Positions 41,009 through 52,236 of a DNA stretch of 64,000 nt are shown piece after piece. Every line of letters starts with the position of its first letter. The stretch's first letter is position 1. This DNA is from an uncultured delta proteobacterium (lineage in GTDB: Bacteria; Desulfobacterota; Desulfobacteria; Desulfobacterales; SG8-13), in assembly GCA_963848135.1 (NCBI GenBank), contig CAWKCK010000003.1, forward strand, positions 682,001 through 746,000. The letters run 5' to 3'. A program made the position numbers and the translations under genes. The notes beneath the pieces were generated by a model. It did no database searches. It worked only from the letters and a program-made list of their open reading frames with translations, and was not told the origin of the DNA.

Positions 41009-42380
41009 ATATTTTACCCGGATTCATCAGTCCCTTTGGGTCCAGAAGTATTTTAATCTGGCGCATCAAGGCGAAGCTTTCACCGTGTTCCAATTGCATA
41101 TATTTTCGTTTGCCGATTCCAACGCCGTGCTCACCGGTGCAGGTTCCGCCCCACTCAACGGCGCGGGTGACAATGCGGTCATTTATTTCTTCAATTTGCG
41201 ACCATCCGGAAGTGTCGTTGGGATCTCCCACCAAAACCACATGCAAATTGCCGTCGCCAGCATGGCCGAAGACATAGCCGACGGCGTCGTATTGATCAAC
41301 AAGAGTTTGAGCAAAGATGATCATCTCAGGATAGCGGGAGATCGGAACCGCAGCGTCGACAATGAGGGTATCTTTTCCGGGATGCGCTCGATGGATTGTT
41401 TCCCAGGCTTCGTGACGTGCCCGCCAAAGGTCTTGGCGGTGCCGTTCGTCGACACCGGATTTGAAATCGATGGCGCCACAGTCTTGGCAGAGTTCCTCGG
41501 CCAGCCCGGCGATTTCCGTCAGCATGGCCCGGCTGATCCCGTGAAACTCGCAGAATAGGGTCGGTTTTTCGACCAACCCGAGCTGTTTCTCACGGTTCAT
41601 CAATTTGATCAGTTTTGGCGGCAGAAGTTCGAGAGCCGCCGGTTCGAGACCGGATCCGATTAGAGCGGTCACCGTCTGGCACGCTTCTTCGAGTCGAGCG
41701 AAGGTGGCCGTGGCGGCCAGGTGGTGGGAAGGGATTCCCGTCAGGCGAAGGGTGGCTTCGGTCACGATACCCAGGGTCCCTTCAGAGCCGACGAACAATC
41801 GGGTCAGATCGTAACCGGAAGATGATTTGGGCGCTTTACAGCCGGTATGAATGATGTCGCCGCCGGGGACCACCACCGTCAGCCGCAGGGTATAATCCTT
41901 GGTGGCCCCATACTTGATGGTCTGAACGCCGGAGGCGTTGTTGGCGATCATGCCGCCGATGGTGGCATCGGCGCCAGGGTCCGGTGGAAAGAACAATCCG
42001 TGTTTTCCGGATTGGCGATTGAGCTCTTTGCGTAAAACGCCGGGCTGAACGTCAGCCTGAAGATCTTGGGGGCGAATTTCAAGGATACGGTCCATGCGCG
42101 TCAAATCCACCACGAGGCCGCCTCGCGTGGGGACCGGGTTTCCCTCTGTACTGGTACCGGCCCCCCAGGGTGTCACCGGGATGTTCTGGGCATAGCTCCA
42201 CTTGAGAATTGCCGAAACTTCTTCGGTGTCTTCGGGCCAGACAACCGCTGCTGGCAGTTCACCCCGGTGAGGGGAGATGTCGCGACGGTGCAGTTCCCGG
42301 TTGGACTGACCGGTGGAGACACGATCAGGTGAGACCAGATCGTTCAGTTCTTCGATCTGTTTCTGATTGAATTTTTTCAT
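41001..42380 (-). CDS. FAD-linked D-2-hydroxyacid dehydrogenase (GlcD/D-lactate dehydrogenase family)
   Basis: GAGTSTEG, FPPDPGA, GSEGTLG, GHAGDGNLH and GEHGVG. Confidence 0.92.
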   Translation of the reverse strand: MKKFNQKQIEELNDLVSPDRVSTGQSNRELHRRDISPHRGELPAAVVWPEDTEEVSAILKWSYAQNIPVTPWGAGTSTEGNPVPTRGGLVVDLTRMDRILEIRPQDLQADVQPGVLRKELNRQSGKHGLFFPPDPGADATIGGMIANNASGVQTIKYGATKDYTLRLTVVVPGGDIIHTGCKAPKSSSGYDLTRLFVGSEGTLGIVTEATLRLTGIPSHHLAATATFARLEEACQTVTALIGSGLEPAALELLPPKLIKLMNREKQLGLVEKPTLFCEFHGISRAMLTEIAGLAEELCQDCGAIDFKSGVDERHRQDLWRARHEAWETIHRAHPGKDTLIVDAAVPISRYPEMIIFAQTLVDQYDAVGYVFGHAGDGNLHVVLVGDPNDTSGWSQIEEINDRIVTRAVEWGGTCTGEHGVGIGKRKYMQLEHGESFALMRQIKILLDPKGLMNPGKIFA

Positions 42381-42404
42381 CTCTTATTTCTATCCCCCGT
42401 TCGT

Positions 42405-42436
42405 CAACAAAAGACCCCGGGTGCTTTCCGGGGTCT
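42405..42436 (-). terminator. Intrinsic terminator inside the 5' leader of the minus-strand operon
   Basis: Minus strand AGACCCCGG-AAAGCAC-CCGGGGTCT-TTTGTTG, about 30 nt before ATG 42380. Confidence 0.65.
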
Positions 42437-42513
42437 CCTGCGGTGACCGGTTCGCATCGGTCGCTGAAATCACAGATGATCTCTTCCGTTGTTGGTGGGT
42501 AAAGTCGACCATA

Positions 42514-42543
42514 TTATTAGCTGTGGTTTTCAGGAGCTGTCAA
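42514..42543 (-). promoter_or_regulatory. Sigma-70 promoter (TTGACA-18nt-TAATAA)
   Basis: Reverse complement of TGTCAA (42538-42543) and TTATTA (42514-42519). Confidence 0.6.
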
Positions 42544-42648
42544 GGCAAAAGGGGGAGCAAACATTTTGATGCAGTACACTTTTTAATCCTTCGACCCAAT
42601 TCCATTTTGGTCTTCATTTTAATTTGACATTTGTCGGGAGAACCGCTA

Positions 42649-42680
42649 CCAATAAATACCAACCGGTCGGTATTTATTGG
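42649..42680. promoter_or_regulatory. 32-bp near-perfect palindrome, likely the TetR operator
   Basis: CCAATAAATACC-AACCGGTC-GGTATTTATTGG, downstream of TTGACA (42624-42629) and 22 nt before the TetR ATG. Confidence 0.75.
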
Positions 42681-42702
42681 CTTGTTATTCAGGAAGTTTT
42701 TC

Positions 42703-43314
42703 ATGCAAAAAAAACTTCAGGGTCTCAGAACCCGACAAAATATTATCGATAAATCATTGCAGCTCTTTTCCGTGAAAGGATTTTTCAACACGTCCGTAAA
42801 CGATATCCTCAAAGAGACGAAACTCACCAAGGGAGGTCTCTACGCTCATTTCAAAAGTAAGGAAGACATCTGGTACGCTGCTTATGAAAGAGCGGTTGGC
42901 ATATGGCAGGGGATCATTTTCCAGGATATGCGAAAGATTACCAATCCCTTTGATAGACTCAAGACGCTCATTGACAGACACCTTAGAGTTTACATTGGTA
43001 ACAATACGTTCAAAGGGGGGGGCTTCTTTCTCAACATGCTGATTGAATTTTCCGGTCAATCTCAAACAAAGACGGTTCATATCCTGGATGGATTCGAGCG
43101 CTATTCCAACCTGATTGAATCTTGGATAGAAGAGGCCAAAATCGCGGGTATCGTAAAAAAGGACATCAACAGTGAAGAGGCCGGCAGCTTTATCGTGTCG
43201 TCATTTTATGGAACAACGGCCTTATATACGGCCTTGAAGAACCCCTCGATATTGCAAAAAACAATCAACCAGCTTCATTTTTTTATCGATTCACTCAGAA
43301 CGGATTCTCATTAA
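42703..43314 (+). CDS. TetR/AcrR-family regulator
   Basis: TRQNII..SLQLFSVKGF.NTSVNDI....LTKGGLYAHFKSKEDI. Confidence 0.93.
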   Translation: MQKKLQGLRTRQNIIDKSLQLFSVKGFFNTSVNDILKETKLTKGGLYAHFKSKEDIWYAAYERAVGIWQGIIFQDMRKITNPFDRLKTLIDRHLRVYIGNNTFKGGGFFLNMLIEFSGQSQTKTVHILDGFERYSNLIESWIEEAKIAGIVKKDINSEEAGSFIVSSFYGTTALYTALKNPSILQKTINQLHFFIDSLRTDSH

Positions 43315-43456
43315 TACTGTTCATGATGCGCGGAATGATCAAAGCGTTATTGCGGCCACCCCATGACCGGTCATTAAATTTGACTTTGTCATTGTTTCTC
43401 TATAAAAATTAATTTTTGAAAAACACTTGGGACCAGCGATTCAAAAGGAGTGAACT

Positions 43457-45586
43457 ATGGCCGAAAATCCAAATTTAAAAAACTGGAAAGAACTTGCCAC
43501 CAAGCAGATGAAAGGAAAGCCGGTTGACAGCCTGAACTGGAAAACCCCGGAAGGTATAACGGTCAAACCGCTTTACACGGCTGAAGACATTGCCGATTTG
43601 CCCCATGTTAATACCGTGCCCGGGTATGCGCCGTTCGTACGGGGACCCATGGCGACCATGTATGCCGGTCGGCCATGGACCATCCGGCAATATGCCGGCT
43701 TTTCAACAGCCAAAGACTCCAATGCCTTTTACCGCAGAAACTTGGCTGCCGGCCAGAAGGGGCTATCCGTGGCTTTTGATTTGCCGACGCATCGGGGCTA
43801 TGATTCGGATCATCCCCGCGTGGTCGGCGATGTCGGCAAGGCCGGTGTGGCCATCGACTCGGTCGAAGATATTAAGATATTGTTCGACCAGATACCATTG
43901 GATCAGATGAGTGTGTCGATGACCATGAACGGTGCTGTTTTGCCGATAATGGCCAGCTATATCGTTGCTGCCGAAGAGCAGGGCGTAAAACAGGAACAAT
44001 TGACCGGCACCATCCAAAACGACATTCTCAAAGAATACCTGACCCGCAATACCTACATTTATCCACCGGAACCCTCCATGCGGATTGTGTCGGACATCAT
44101 CGCATTCTGTTCCCAAAACATGCCCAAGTTCAACACCGTCAGCATCAGCGGCTACCACATGATGGAAGCTGGAGCGGATTCGGTCCTTCAGTGTGCTTTT
44201 ACCCTGGCTGACGGCGTGGAGTATGTGCGTGCGGCCCTTAATGCCGGATTGGACATCGATTCCTTTGCGCCGCGTCTCTCTTTTTTCTTCGGGGTCGGGA
44301 TGAACTTCTTCATGGAAATCGCCATGCTCAGAGCGGCGCGCTTCCTGTGGCATGAGCTCATCAGCAAGTTTAATCCCAAGAACCCCCGTTCCACTATGCT
44401 CCGGACGCATGTTCAGACATCGGGCTGGAGTTTGACACTACAGGATCCTTATAACAATATTATCCGCACCACCATGGAGGCGCTGGCAGCGGCATTGGGT
44501 GGGACCCAGTCTCTCCATACCAATTCATTCGACGAGGCTGTCGGCCTACCGACCGATTTTTCCGCTCGCATTGCCCGCAATACCCAGTTGATCATCCAGG
44601 AGGAATCCCAGGTCTGTCATGTCGTCGACCCCTTGGGAGGCTCATATTATATTGAGGCGTTGACCGCCGAAATCGTTACGGAGGCCCGCAAGATTATCGA
44701 CGAGGTAGAAGAAATGGGCGGTATGGCAAAAGCCATTGAAACCGGAATGCCGAAGATGCGCGTCGAAGAGGCGGCCGCACGCAGACAGGCCCGCATTGAC
44801 CAGGGGCTGGACGTGATTGTCGGGGTCAACAAATACAAGATTGAAGACGAGCCGCTGAAAGACATTTTGGAAGTATCCAGCACCGTCAGGGATGAACAGG
44901 TTGCCCGGCTGAAAGAAATCAAAACCACCCGCGACAGTGAAGACGTTACGAAAACGCTGGTGGCCGTGACCCAGGCTGCCGAAAGTGGCGATAACCTTCT
45001 GGCAGCTTGCATTACGGCCATGCGGGCCCGGGCAACAGTGGGTGAAGTCTCGGATGCTATGGAGAAAGCCTTCGGCCGCTTCGTGGCTACAACCCAATGT
45101 ATCTCCGGGGTGTTTGCCGCCGAGTATGGCGAAAGTGAAGTCTTTGCAGCCCTGAAGAAACGTACCGATGAGTTCAATGAGCGCGAAGGCCGCCGGCCCC
45201 GGATCCTGGTAACCAAAATGGGTCAGGACGGCCATGACCGAGGAATCAAAGTCATTGCCACCGCCTATGCTGATCTCGGTTTCGACGTGGATATCAGCCC
45301 TATGTTCCAGACACCGGAAGAAGCAGCCAAAATGGCCATTGAAAACGATGTCCACGTGGTTGGCGTATCGAGCCTGGCCGCGGGACACAAAACACTGGTT
45401 CCCGGTTTGGTAGCCGAGCTTAAAAAGGCAGGTGCCGACGACATCAAGGTTGTCGTTGGTGGTGTCATTCCACCGAATGACTACGAATATCTCAATGGCG
45501 CCGGTGCTGCCGCTGTTTTCGGGCCGGGCACGGCGGTTGTCGACTCAGCCAACAAGGTTCTCAATATCCTCGAGCAGAAAGAGTGA
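43457..45586 (+). CDS. scpA: Methylmalonyl-CoA mutase (B12-dependent)
   Basis: [23 protein letters not shown] and the B12 motif GQDGHDRG. Confidence 0.96.
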   Translation: MAENPNLKNWKELATKQMKGKPVDSLNWKTPEGITVKPLYTAEDIADLPHVNTVPGYAPFVRGPMATMYAGRPWTIRQYAGFSTAKDSNAFYRRNLAAGQKGLSVAFDLPTHRGYDSDHPRVVGDVGKAGVAIDSVEDIKILFDQIPLDQMSVSMTMNGAVLPIMASYIVAAEEQGVKQEQLTGTIQNDILKEYLTRNTYIYPPEPSMRIVSDIIAFCSQNMPKFNTVSISGYHMMEAGADSVLQCAFTLADGVEYVRAALNAGLDIDSFAPRLSFFFGVGMNFFMEIAMLRAARFLWHELISKFNPKNPRSTMLRTHVQTSGWSLTLQDPYNNIIRTTMEALAAALGGTQSLHTNSFDEAVGLPTDFSARIARNTQLIIQEESQVCHVVDPLGGSYYIEALTAEIVTEARKIIDEVEEMGGMAKAIETGMPKMRVEEAAARRQARIDQGLDVIVGVNKYKIEDEPLKDILEVSSTVRDEQVARLKEIKTTRDSEDVTKTLVAVTQAAESGDNLLAACITAMRARATVGEVSDAMEKAFGRFVATTQCISGVFAAEYGESEVFAALKKRTDEFNEREGRRPRILVTKMGQDGHDRGIKVIATAYADLGFDVDISPMFQTPEEAAKMAIENDVHVVGVSSLAAGHKTLVPGLVAELKKAGADDIKVVVGGVIPPNDYEYLNGAGAAAVFGPGTAVVDSANKVLNILEQKE

Positions 45587-45842
45587 CAGATCGACAACCA
45601 TGATTCGATTCCTATTTCGATAATGTCATGAAATCTTTCCAGGAAGTATACAATAGAAACAATGCCAGGGTGTAATTGGATATTCGGATTATTTGAACAA
45701 TACCGCCTTTTTTTACTTGACAACAAGGTATCAGTATAGAATTGTCACAGTTTACACTTTCGAATTTTACATAAAAAATTTGACCACTCCTGTCACCCGA
45801 ACCGGGGACAGGAAAATCGGGTGATATGAAAGGACCGTAAGA

Positions 45843-47396
45843 ATGGGCGTAGTGGAAGACAAACTCAATGAACTCAGAAAGCTGGAAGAAAAAGTCCGGC
45901 AGATGGGTGGCGAAAAGGCGGTTGCCAAGCACAAGGAGAAAGGCAAACTGACCGCTCGTGAGCGGCTGAAGTTGCTTTTTGACAAAGGAACTTTCCGGGA
46001 AATCGATATGTTTGTCGAACACCGGTGCGTAAATTTTGGCATGAAAGAGGTCGATATTCCCTCGGACGGAGTGATCACCGGCCACGGTCTGGTTGACGGC
46101 CGGCCGGTTTTTGCATTTTCTCAGGATTTTACCGCCCGTGCGGGTAGCCTTGGTGAAATGCATTCCCGCAAGATCTGCAAGGTCATGGACCTGGCATTGA
46201 AAGCCGGGGTACCTTTCGTCGGAATGAATGATTCCGGCGGCGCCCGGATCCAAGAAGGTGTCGATGCACTATCTGGTTACGGCCAGATTTTTTACCGCAA
46301 TTCGGTGGCCTCCGGTGTCATACCGCAGATTTCAGCCATTATGGGGCCCACGGCCGGCGGTGCGGTTTACTCACCGGCGATGACAGACTATGTTTTCATG
46401 GTAAAGAACACCAGCTACATGTTCATTACCGGGCCGGAAGTCATCAAAGCTGTCACCGGCGAGGAGATTACATTCGAGGACCTTGGCGGCGCCATGACCC
46501 ACAACGAGAAAAGTGGCGTGGCCCATTTTGCCTGTGAAAATGATGAGGATGCCATTGAACAGATCAAACGGCTGCTTTCTTTTCTGCCGGCCAATAACAT
46601 GGAAGATCCTCCGATGGTGGCGACCGGAGACAACCCGAAACGCACCGATCGGGCATTGAACACCATTATCCCGGACAATCCCAATCAGTCTTATGACGTC
46701 AAGGAAGTCATCCGCAGTATCGTCGACAACGGCGACCTATTCGAACCCCACCAGTATTTTGCCAAAAACATGATTATCTGTTTCGCACGCATGAATGGCC
46801 GAACCATTGGAATCATTGCCAACCAGCCCAATGTTCTGGCCGGTTGCCTGGATATCGATGCATCAGACAAAGCCACACGGTTCATTCGTTTCTGTGATGC
46901 CTTCAATATACCCTTGCTGACCATTGCCGATGTTCCCGGATATCTTCCCGGTAGTCAGCAGGAATGGGGGGGAATCATCCGCCACGGCGCCAAACTATTG
47001 TGGTGTTATTCCGAAGCCACGGTGCCCAAGCTTCTGCTGATTACGCGCAAGGATTACGGTGGATCATATCTGGCCATGTGCTCAAGGGACCTTGGGGCCG
47101 ACATGGCGCTCGCTTGGCCGACAGCCGAGATTGCGGTCATGGGAGCCGCCGGGGCCGCCAACATCATTCATCGCAAGGAAATTAAGGAAGCCGCGGACGC
47201 GGGGGCCAAACGCAAGGAGAAAATCCAGGAGTACGAGGCACTTTTCTCCAATCCCTACCGGGCGGCGAACAGAGGATACATCGATGCGATCATCGAGCCA
47301 AGCCAGACGAGACCGCGCCTGATCGAGGCGCTTGAGATCATGTGCAACAAACGAGAAATGCGGCCGCCGAAGAAACACGGGAATATTCCCCTATAA
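45843..47396 (+). CDS. Acyl-CoA carboxyltransferase (PccB/MmdA/transcarboxylase 12S-like)
   Basis: GKLTARER, DSGGARIQEG, GGAVYSPA, DVPGYLPG and KKHGNIPL. Confidence 0.94.
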   Translation: MGVVEDKLNELRKLEEKVRQMGGEKAVAKHKEKGKLTARERLKLLFDKGTFREIDMFVEHRCVNFGMKEVDIPSDGVITGHGLVDGRPVFAFSQDFTARAGSLGEMHSRKICKVMDLALKAGVPFVGMNDSGGARIQEGVDALSGYGQIFYRNSVASGVIPQISAIMGPTAGGAVYSPAMTDYVFMVKNTSYMFITGPEVIKAVTGEEITFEDLGGAMTHNEKSGVAHFACENDEDAIEQIKRLLSFLPANNMEDPPMVATGDNPKRTDRALNTIIPDNPNQSYDVKEVIRSIVDNGDLFEPHQYFAKNMIICFARMNGRTIGIIANQPNVLAGCLDIDASDKATRFIRFCDAFNIPLLTIADVPGYLPGSQQEWGGIIRHGAKLLWCYSEATVPKLLLITRKDYGGSYLAMCSRDLGADMALAWPTAEIAVMGAAGAANIIHRKEIKEAADAGAKRKEKIQEYEALFSNPYRAANRGYIDAIIEPSQTRPRLIEALEIMCNKREMRPPKKHGNIPL

Positions 47397-47497
47397 ACAG
47401 GGAAGAGGCAATCGCAGGGTAATCAGGAGCCAAATTCACTGTGATGCTTTTAACCGATTGCCCTTTTTTCCGGTTTTAAACCTGATATGGAGTGATT

Positions 47498-47722
47498 ATG
47501 GCATCAGATAAGAAGAGAGCAGCGGCAATAGCCGCTGTGATGAATTATATAAAAAGCGAAGAAGACCTGGTTGCCGCCCAAGCCGCGGGCGGGCGTGGTG
47601 CCGGGCAACAGGCCGCAGGGCCGGTTTCGATCAATCTGTGGGGCGTGAGCGGTCGGCAGGCAATGATGCAGATGCGCAATTTAATGCAAATGCGAAACTT
47701 TCATGGCACAAAGTTCCGTTAG
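47498..47722 (+). CDS. Small soluble protein resembling the carboxylase epsilon / MmdD-OadG C-terminal linker
   Basis: AAAIAAV...LWGVSGR pattern, RBS GGAG, and position between the carboxyltransferase and the biotin protein. Confidence 0.65.
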   Translation: MASDKKRAAAIAAVMNYIKSEEDLVAAQAAGGRGAGQQAAGPVSINLWGVSGRQAMMQMRNLMQMRNFHGTKFR

Positions 47723-47764
47723 GCCATCCACCAATTTAGGAAATACATAGAGGAGATTCATAAG

Positions 47765-49780
47765 ATGCACGACCACGATCAAGTCAATGGCAGTGAGATG
47801 AATTACAGCAAAGACCGGCCCAAAGCGGGGAATCCGGTGAAAATAGAGGATCTGACCTTGCGTGATGGGCATCAGTCTCTTTTTGCCACCCGCGGGCGCA
47901 CCGAAGACATGATCCCGGTTGCCGAGATGATGGATGAGGTGGGCTTTTGGGCGGTCGAGACCTGGGGCGGGGCGACATTTGACACGATGCACCGATTTTT
48001 AAACGAAGATCCATGGGAACGGATCCGCACGCTTAAGCGCTACATCAAAAAAACGCCATTCTCCATGTTGCTCAGGGCCCAAAATTTGGTCGGATACCGC
48101 AACTATGCCGACGATCTCGCCAGGGCTTTTGTGGACCGTGCCTGCGCCAACGGAATGGATGTTTTCCGCACTTTCGACGCCTTGAACGATTACCGCAATT
48201 TTGAAACCGTGGTTCCGGTGATCAAAGAGAACGGCATGCATTTCCAGGGTTGTATTTGTTACACCCTGACCGAACCGCGTTTGGGCGGGCAAGTGTACAA
48301 TCTTGACTATTATGTCAATAAAGCCAAAGACCTCGAGGCCATGGGAGCTGACAGTATTTGCGTCAAGGATATGGCCGGGCTGATCGCTCCCTACGACGCG
48401 TATGAAGTCATCAAGGCTCTCAAACAAGCGGTGAAGGCTCCGATTCACTTGCACAGCCATTTTACTTCCGGCATGTCACCGATGAGCATGCTCAAAGCCA
48501 TCGAAGCCGGGGTCGACATCATCGATACGGTCATGTCGCCCTATGCTTACCGAACCTCGCATGCGGCCATCGAGCCCCTGGTGATGACACTGTTGGGCAC
48601 AAACCGCGATACCGGTTTCGACATCAAACTTTTGGCCCGGATCAATGAAATCCTGGAGAAGGAAATCCTGCCCAAATACAAGCATCTGTTGGACGACTCC
48701 AAAATGTCGATCATCGACATCAACGTGCTGTTGCACCAGACACCGGGCGGCATGCTGTCCAACCTGGCCAACCAGCTGCGGGAAATGGACGCCCTGGACA
48801 GGATCGATGATGTTTACAGGGAGCTGCCGCGAGTTCGCAAAGAACTGGGCCAGATCCCGCTGGTCACCCCCACCAGCCAGATCGTGGGGATCCAGACGGT
48901 CAACAACGTGCTCTTTGACGATGAAAATGAACGTTACAAAATGATCACGGGCCAGGTTAAGGATCTATGTTACGGCCTGTATGGTAAAACAGCCATACCG
49001 ATCGATCCGGAAGTGCAGAAAAAAGCGCTCAAAGGATACGATAGAGGCGAAAAACCGATTACCGTCAGACCGGCGGAGGTGCTCGAACCGGAATTGGAAA
49101 AAGCCAAGGCTGAAACCGAAGGGCTGGCTGTGGATTTGGACGATGTTATCCTTTATGCGATTTATCCGGTCACCGGTAAACGGTTCCTTAAATGGAAGTA
49201 CGGTAAAGAGGAACCACCGCCAGAGGTCAGACCACGGAGTCTCGAGCAGGCTCGCAAAGAAGAAGAACTAATCAAAAAAGCCAAGGCCGGCCTGGTGGTG
49301 GAAAAGGGTGCCAAGAAGGAAGGACCGCCCAAAGGGGAGGCCTTGCGTACCTTTAATGTTTACGTGGATGATGACTACTTCGAGGTGGGTGTTGACGAGG
49401 TCGGCGGCTCACCCGTTCTCAGCTACATCCAACAGATGCCAGCCATGCCGGCAGCAGCACCGACGATGATGCCGACGGCGGCCGCGCCGGCTGCAGCGCC
49501 CGCAGCGGCACCCGCCGCGGCCAAAGAGGCGGCACCCGCACCGGCGCCTGCGGCTGCAGATGTCGAAGGGACACCACTGAAGGCCCCGATGCCGGGTATG
49601 ATCGTTAATTATTCGAAAAAGATGGGCGATACCGTCAGTGAAGGTGAAACGGTAGTGATCCTCGAGGCGATGAAGATGGAAAACGCCCTGCCGGCCCCTG
49701 TCAGCGGCACCATAAAGGCCGTTAACTTTGACAGCGGCGATTCTGTGCAAAAGAACGATGTGCTGGCGGTGATCGGCTGA
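47765..49780 (+). CDS. Pyruvate/oxaloacetate carboxyltransferase (PycB/OadA/5S-like) fused to a biotin carrier
   Basis: TLRDGHQSL, WGGATFD, KDMAG, HSH, PLVTPTSQIVG, an Ala/Pro linker and EAMKMEN. Confidence 0.94.
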   Translation: MHDHDQVNGSEMNYSKDRPKAGNPVKIEDLTLRDGHQSLFATRGRTEDMIPVAEMMDEVGFWAVETWGGATFDTMHRFLNEDPWERIRTLKRYIKKTPFSMLLRAQNLVGYRNYADDLARAFVDRACANGMDVFRTFDALNDYRNFETVVPVIKENGMHFQGCICYTLTEPRLGGQVYNLDYYVNKAKDLEAMGADSICVKDMAGLIAPYDAYEVIKALKQAVKAPIHLHSHFTSGMSPMSMLKAIEAGVDIIDTVMSPYAYRTSHAAIEPLVMTLLGTNRDTGFDIKLLARINEILEKEILPKYKHLLDDSKMSIIDINVLLHQTPGGMLSNLANQLREMDALDRIDDVYRELPRVRKELGQIPLVTPTSQIVGIQTVNNVLFDDENERYKMITGQVKDLCYGLYGKTAIPIDPEVQKKALKGYDRGEKPITVRPAEVLEPELEKAKAETEGLAVDLDDVILYAIYPVTGKRFLKWKYGKEEPPPEVRPRSLEQARKEEELIKKAKAGLVVEKGAKKEGPPKGEALRTFNVYVDDDYFEVGVDEVGGSPVLSYIQQMPAMPAAAPTMMPTAAAPAAAPAAAPAAAKEAAPAPAPAAADVEGTPLKAPMPGMIVNYSKKMGDTVSEGETVVILEAMKMENALPAPVSGTIKAVNFDSGDSVQKNDVLAVIG

Positions 49781-50082
49781 TTTTTTACGGAAGTGTACTA
49801 TTCCGTTTTTTTCTGAATTGTTTGTGTGGTGCCCGAGAACCGCACCGCATGAGTCGTTCAGGCGTCGCCTTGATCACGGGAAATTGACTCGCCTCTGATG
49901 CGGTTTGTACCGGGCCGTTTGTCTTGACAGGAAGCGGAGAATAGATGAAATGGAAACCGGAGCGAGCATTACCTTCGGACGTAAAGTTCATCGGTTCTCC
50001 GTTTCAGTTTCCAACGATCTGTTTGCAGAAATGTCGACGCCGATATCGATAGAACCCAGCCTTTAGGGAAGGAGCGCAGGAG

Positions 50083-51246
50083 ATGAAGATTCACGAGTAT
50101 CAAGCCAAAGAGCTATTCAGGAAATTCGATGTGCCGGTACCTGAAGGTGGGGTTGTCTTTTCAGTGAATGAAGCCAAGGCTGTTGCCGAGACCCTCGGCG
50201 GCTATCCGGTGGTCGTAAAGGCCCAAATCCATGCCGGAGGTCGTGGGAAGGGGGGCGGCGTTAAGCTGGCCAAAAACCTTGCGGAAGTAGAAGGCTTTGC
50301 CGCTCAAATTCTTGGCATGACGCTGGTGACCCACCAGACAGGGCCGGAGGGTCGACTGGTGAAGAAGGCCCTCGTGGAACAGGGGCTCAATATTGCCAAA
50401 GAACTTTACCTGAGTATCATTCCAGACCGGTCGACGGCTCAGGTCGTTATCATGGTCAGCGAGGCCGGAGGGATGGACATCGAGGCCGTGGCCGAGAAGA
50501 GCCCGGAGAAAATAATTAAAGTTTACATCAACCCGCTTCAGGGTATTCAGTCTTACCATTGCCGGGAGGCGGCATTTGGATTGAACCTGCCACTGGCAGC
50601 CATCAAGCCATTTTCCGCTATGTTGGTCAACCTATACAAAATGTTCATAGCCTATGACTGCTCTCTGGTGGAAATTAATCCCTTGGTATTGACCGCCGAA
50701 GATTCCGTGATAGCGCTGGATGCCAAGGTCAATTTTGATGACAATGCCCTTTTTCGCCATAAGGACATCCTTGAATACCGTGATCTGGACGAAGAGGATC
50801 CGCTGGAGGTTGAGGCGTCGAAGTTCAATCTTAATTATATCAATTTAGACGGCAACGTCGGCAATATGGTCAATGGCGCCGGTCTGGCCATGGCAACCAT
50901 GGATATCATCAAGTTGGCGGGGGCCGAACCGGCCAATTTTCTGGATGTCGGTGGTGGTGCCAGTGCCGAGATGGTGGAGAACGGGTTCCGGATCATTCTC
51001 AGCGATAAGAACGTCAAGGGAATCCTTATCAATATCTTCGGTGGTATTCTCCGGTGTGACGTTCTTGCGCAAGGCGTCGTTGAGGCTGCGAAGAAGACCG
51101 GTATCAATGTACCGGTTGTTGTGAGGATGGAAGGGACAAATGTGGAGGATGGCCGGAGAATCCTGGCCGATTCCGGCTTGAACCTGACAACTGCAGTTGA
51201 TTTGAAAGATGCTGCGCAGAAGGTGGCTGAAATCGTCCAACTCTGA
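50083..51246 (+). CDS. sucC: Succinyl-CoA synthetase beta subunit
   Basis: [24 protein letters not shown] and [11 protein letters not shown]. Confidence 0.97.
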   Translation: MKIHEYQAKELFRKFDVPVPEGGVVFSVNEAKAVAETLGGYPVVVKAQIHAGGRGKGGGVKLAKNLAEVEGFAAQILGMTLVTHQTGPEGRLVKKALVEQGLNIAKELYLSIIPDRSTAQVVIMVSEAGGMDIEAVAEKSPEKIIKVYINPLQGIQSYHCREAAFGLNLPLAAIKPFSAMLVNLYKMFIAYDCSLVEINPLVLTAEDSVIALDAKVNFDDNALFRHKDILEYRDLDEEDPLEVEASKFNLNYINLDGNVGNMVNGAGLAMATMDIIKLAGAEPANFLDVGGGASAEMVENGFRIILSDKNVKGILINIFGGILRCDVLAQGVVEAAKKTGINVPVVVRMEGTNVEDGRRILADSGLNLTTAVDLKDAAQKVAEIVQL

Positions 51247-51363
51247 TTTTGTATGATGTATTGAAGGGTAAACGCATAAAGCCAGAGTAACTGTACCCAA
51301 TACACTGAATGACCGGAGCCTCAAAGATCTCTACCTTACGGTCAAGCGAAAGAGGTAAATACG

Positions 51364-52236
51364 ATGAGCATTTTCGTAGACAAAAACACGCGGGTTGTGG
51401 TTCAAGGCATCACCGGCCGTGAGGGCATGTTTCACACCAGGCAGTGCATTGAATACGGCACCAATGTGGTGGCCGGGGTTACACCGGGAAAAGGCGGACA
51501 AAAGATGGATGCCGTATCGGTTTTCAATACTGTGAAAGACGCCGTCAAGGGATCCGGAGCCGATTGTGCGATGATATTCGTACCGCCCCCTTTTGCTGCC
51601 GATGCCATTATGGAAGCTGTGGATGCGGGTGTGGCGCTGATCGTCGCCATTACCGAAGGAATTCCGGTGCTCGACATGATGCGGGTCAAGAATTACATGC
51701 AAGGTAAATCCGCGCGACTTATTGGTCCCAACTGCCCAGGTATTATCACTCCCGGTGAGTGCAAGGTCGGTATCATGCCAGGGCCGATCCATCAACCTGG
51801 CGGGCCCATCGGTGTGGTTTCCCGCTCAGGCACCCTCACCTACGAAGTGGTCCATCAGCTGACCCAGGAAGGCATTGGTCAAACGACCTGCCTTGGCATC
51901 GGGGGTGACCCCGTCAATGGAACAAATTTTATCGATTGTCTAGAGGCCTTCGAGTCTGACCCTGCGACCAAAGGGATCGTCATGGTAGGGGAGATCGGTG
52001 GTAGCGCTGAGGAGGAGGCGGCCGCGTTTATTGTCAAAAATGTGACCAAACCGGTTGTGGGTTTTATTGCAGGTTTGACGGCGCCTCCCGGTCGGCGCAT
52101 GGGTCACGCCGGGGCGATCATCAGCGGCAACAGCGGAACCGCCCAAAGTAAAATTGCCATCATGAAGGAAAGCGGAATTCATGTTTGCGAAGACCTTGGT
52201 ACCTTTGGCAAGTTGTGCGCTAAAGTTTTTAAATAG
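51364..52236 (+). CDS. sucD: Succinyl-CoA synthetase alpha subunit
   Basis: [20 protein letters not shown] and RMGHAGA. Confidence 0.97.
   Translation: MSIFVDKNTRVVVQGITGREGMFHTRQCIEYGTNVVAGVTPGKGGQKMDAVSVFNTVKDAVKGSGADCAMIFVPPPFAADAIMEAVDAGVALIVAITEGIPVLDMMRVKNYMQGKSARLIGPNCPGIITPGECKVGIMPGPIHQPGGPIGVVSRSGTLTYEVVHQLTQEGIGQTTCLGIGGDPVNGTNFIDCLEAFESDPATKGIVMVGEIGGSAEEEAAAFIVKNVTKPVVGFIAGLTAPPGRRMGHAGAIISGNSGTAQSKIAIMKESGIHVCEDLGTFGKLCAKVFK

Noticed and set aside
49440..49560. GC-rich repetitive stretch
   Set aside because: It encodes the normal Ala/Pro linker before the biotinyl domain.
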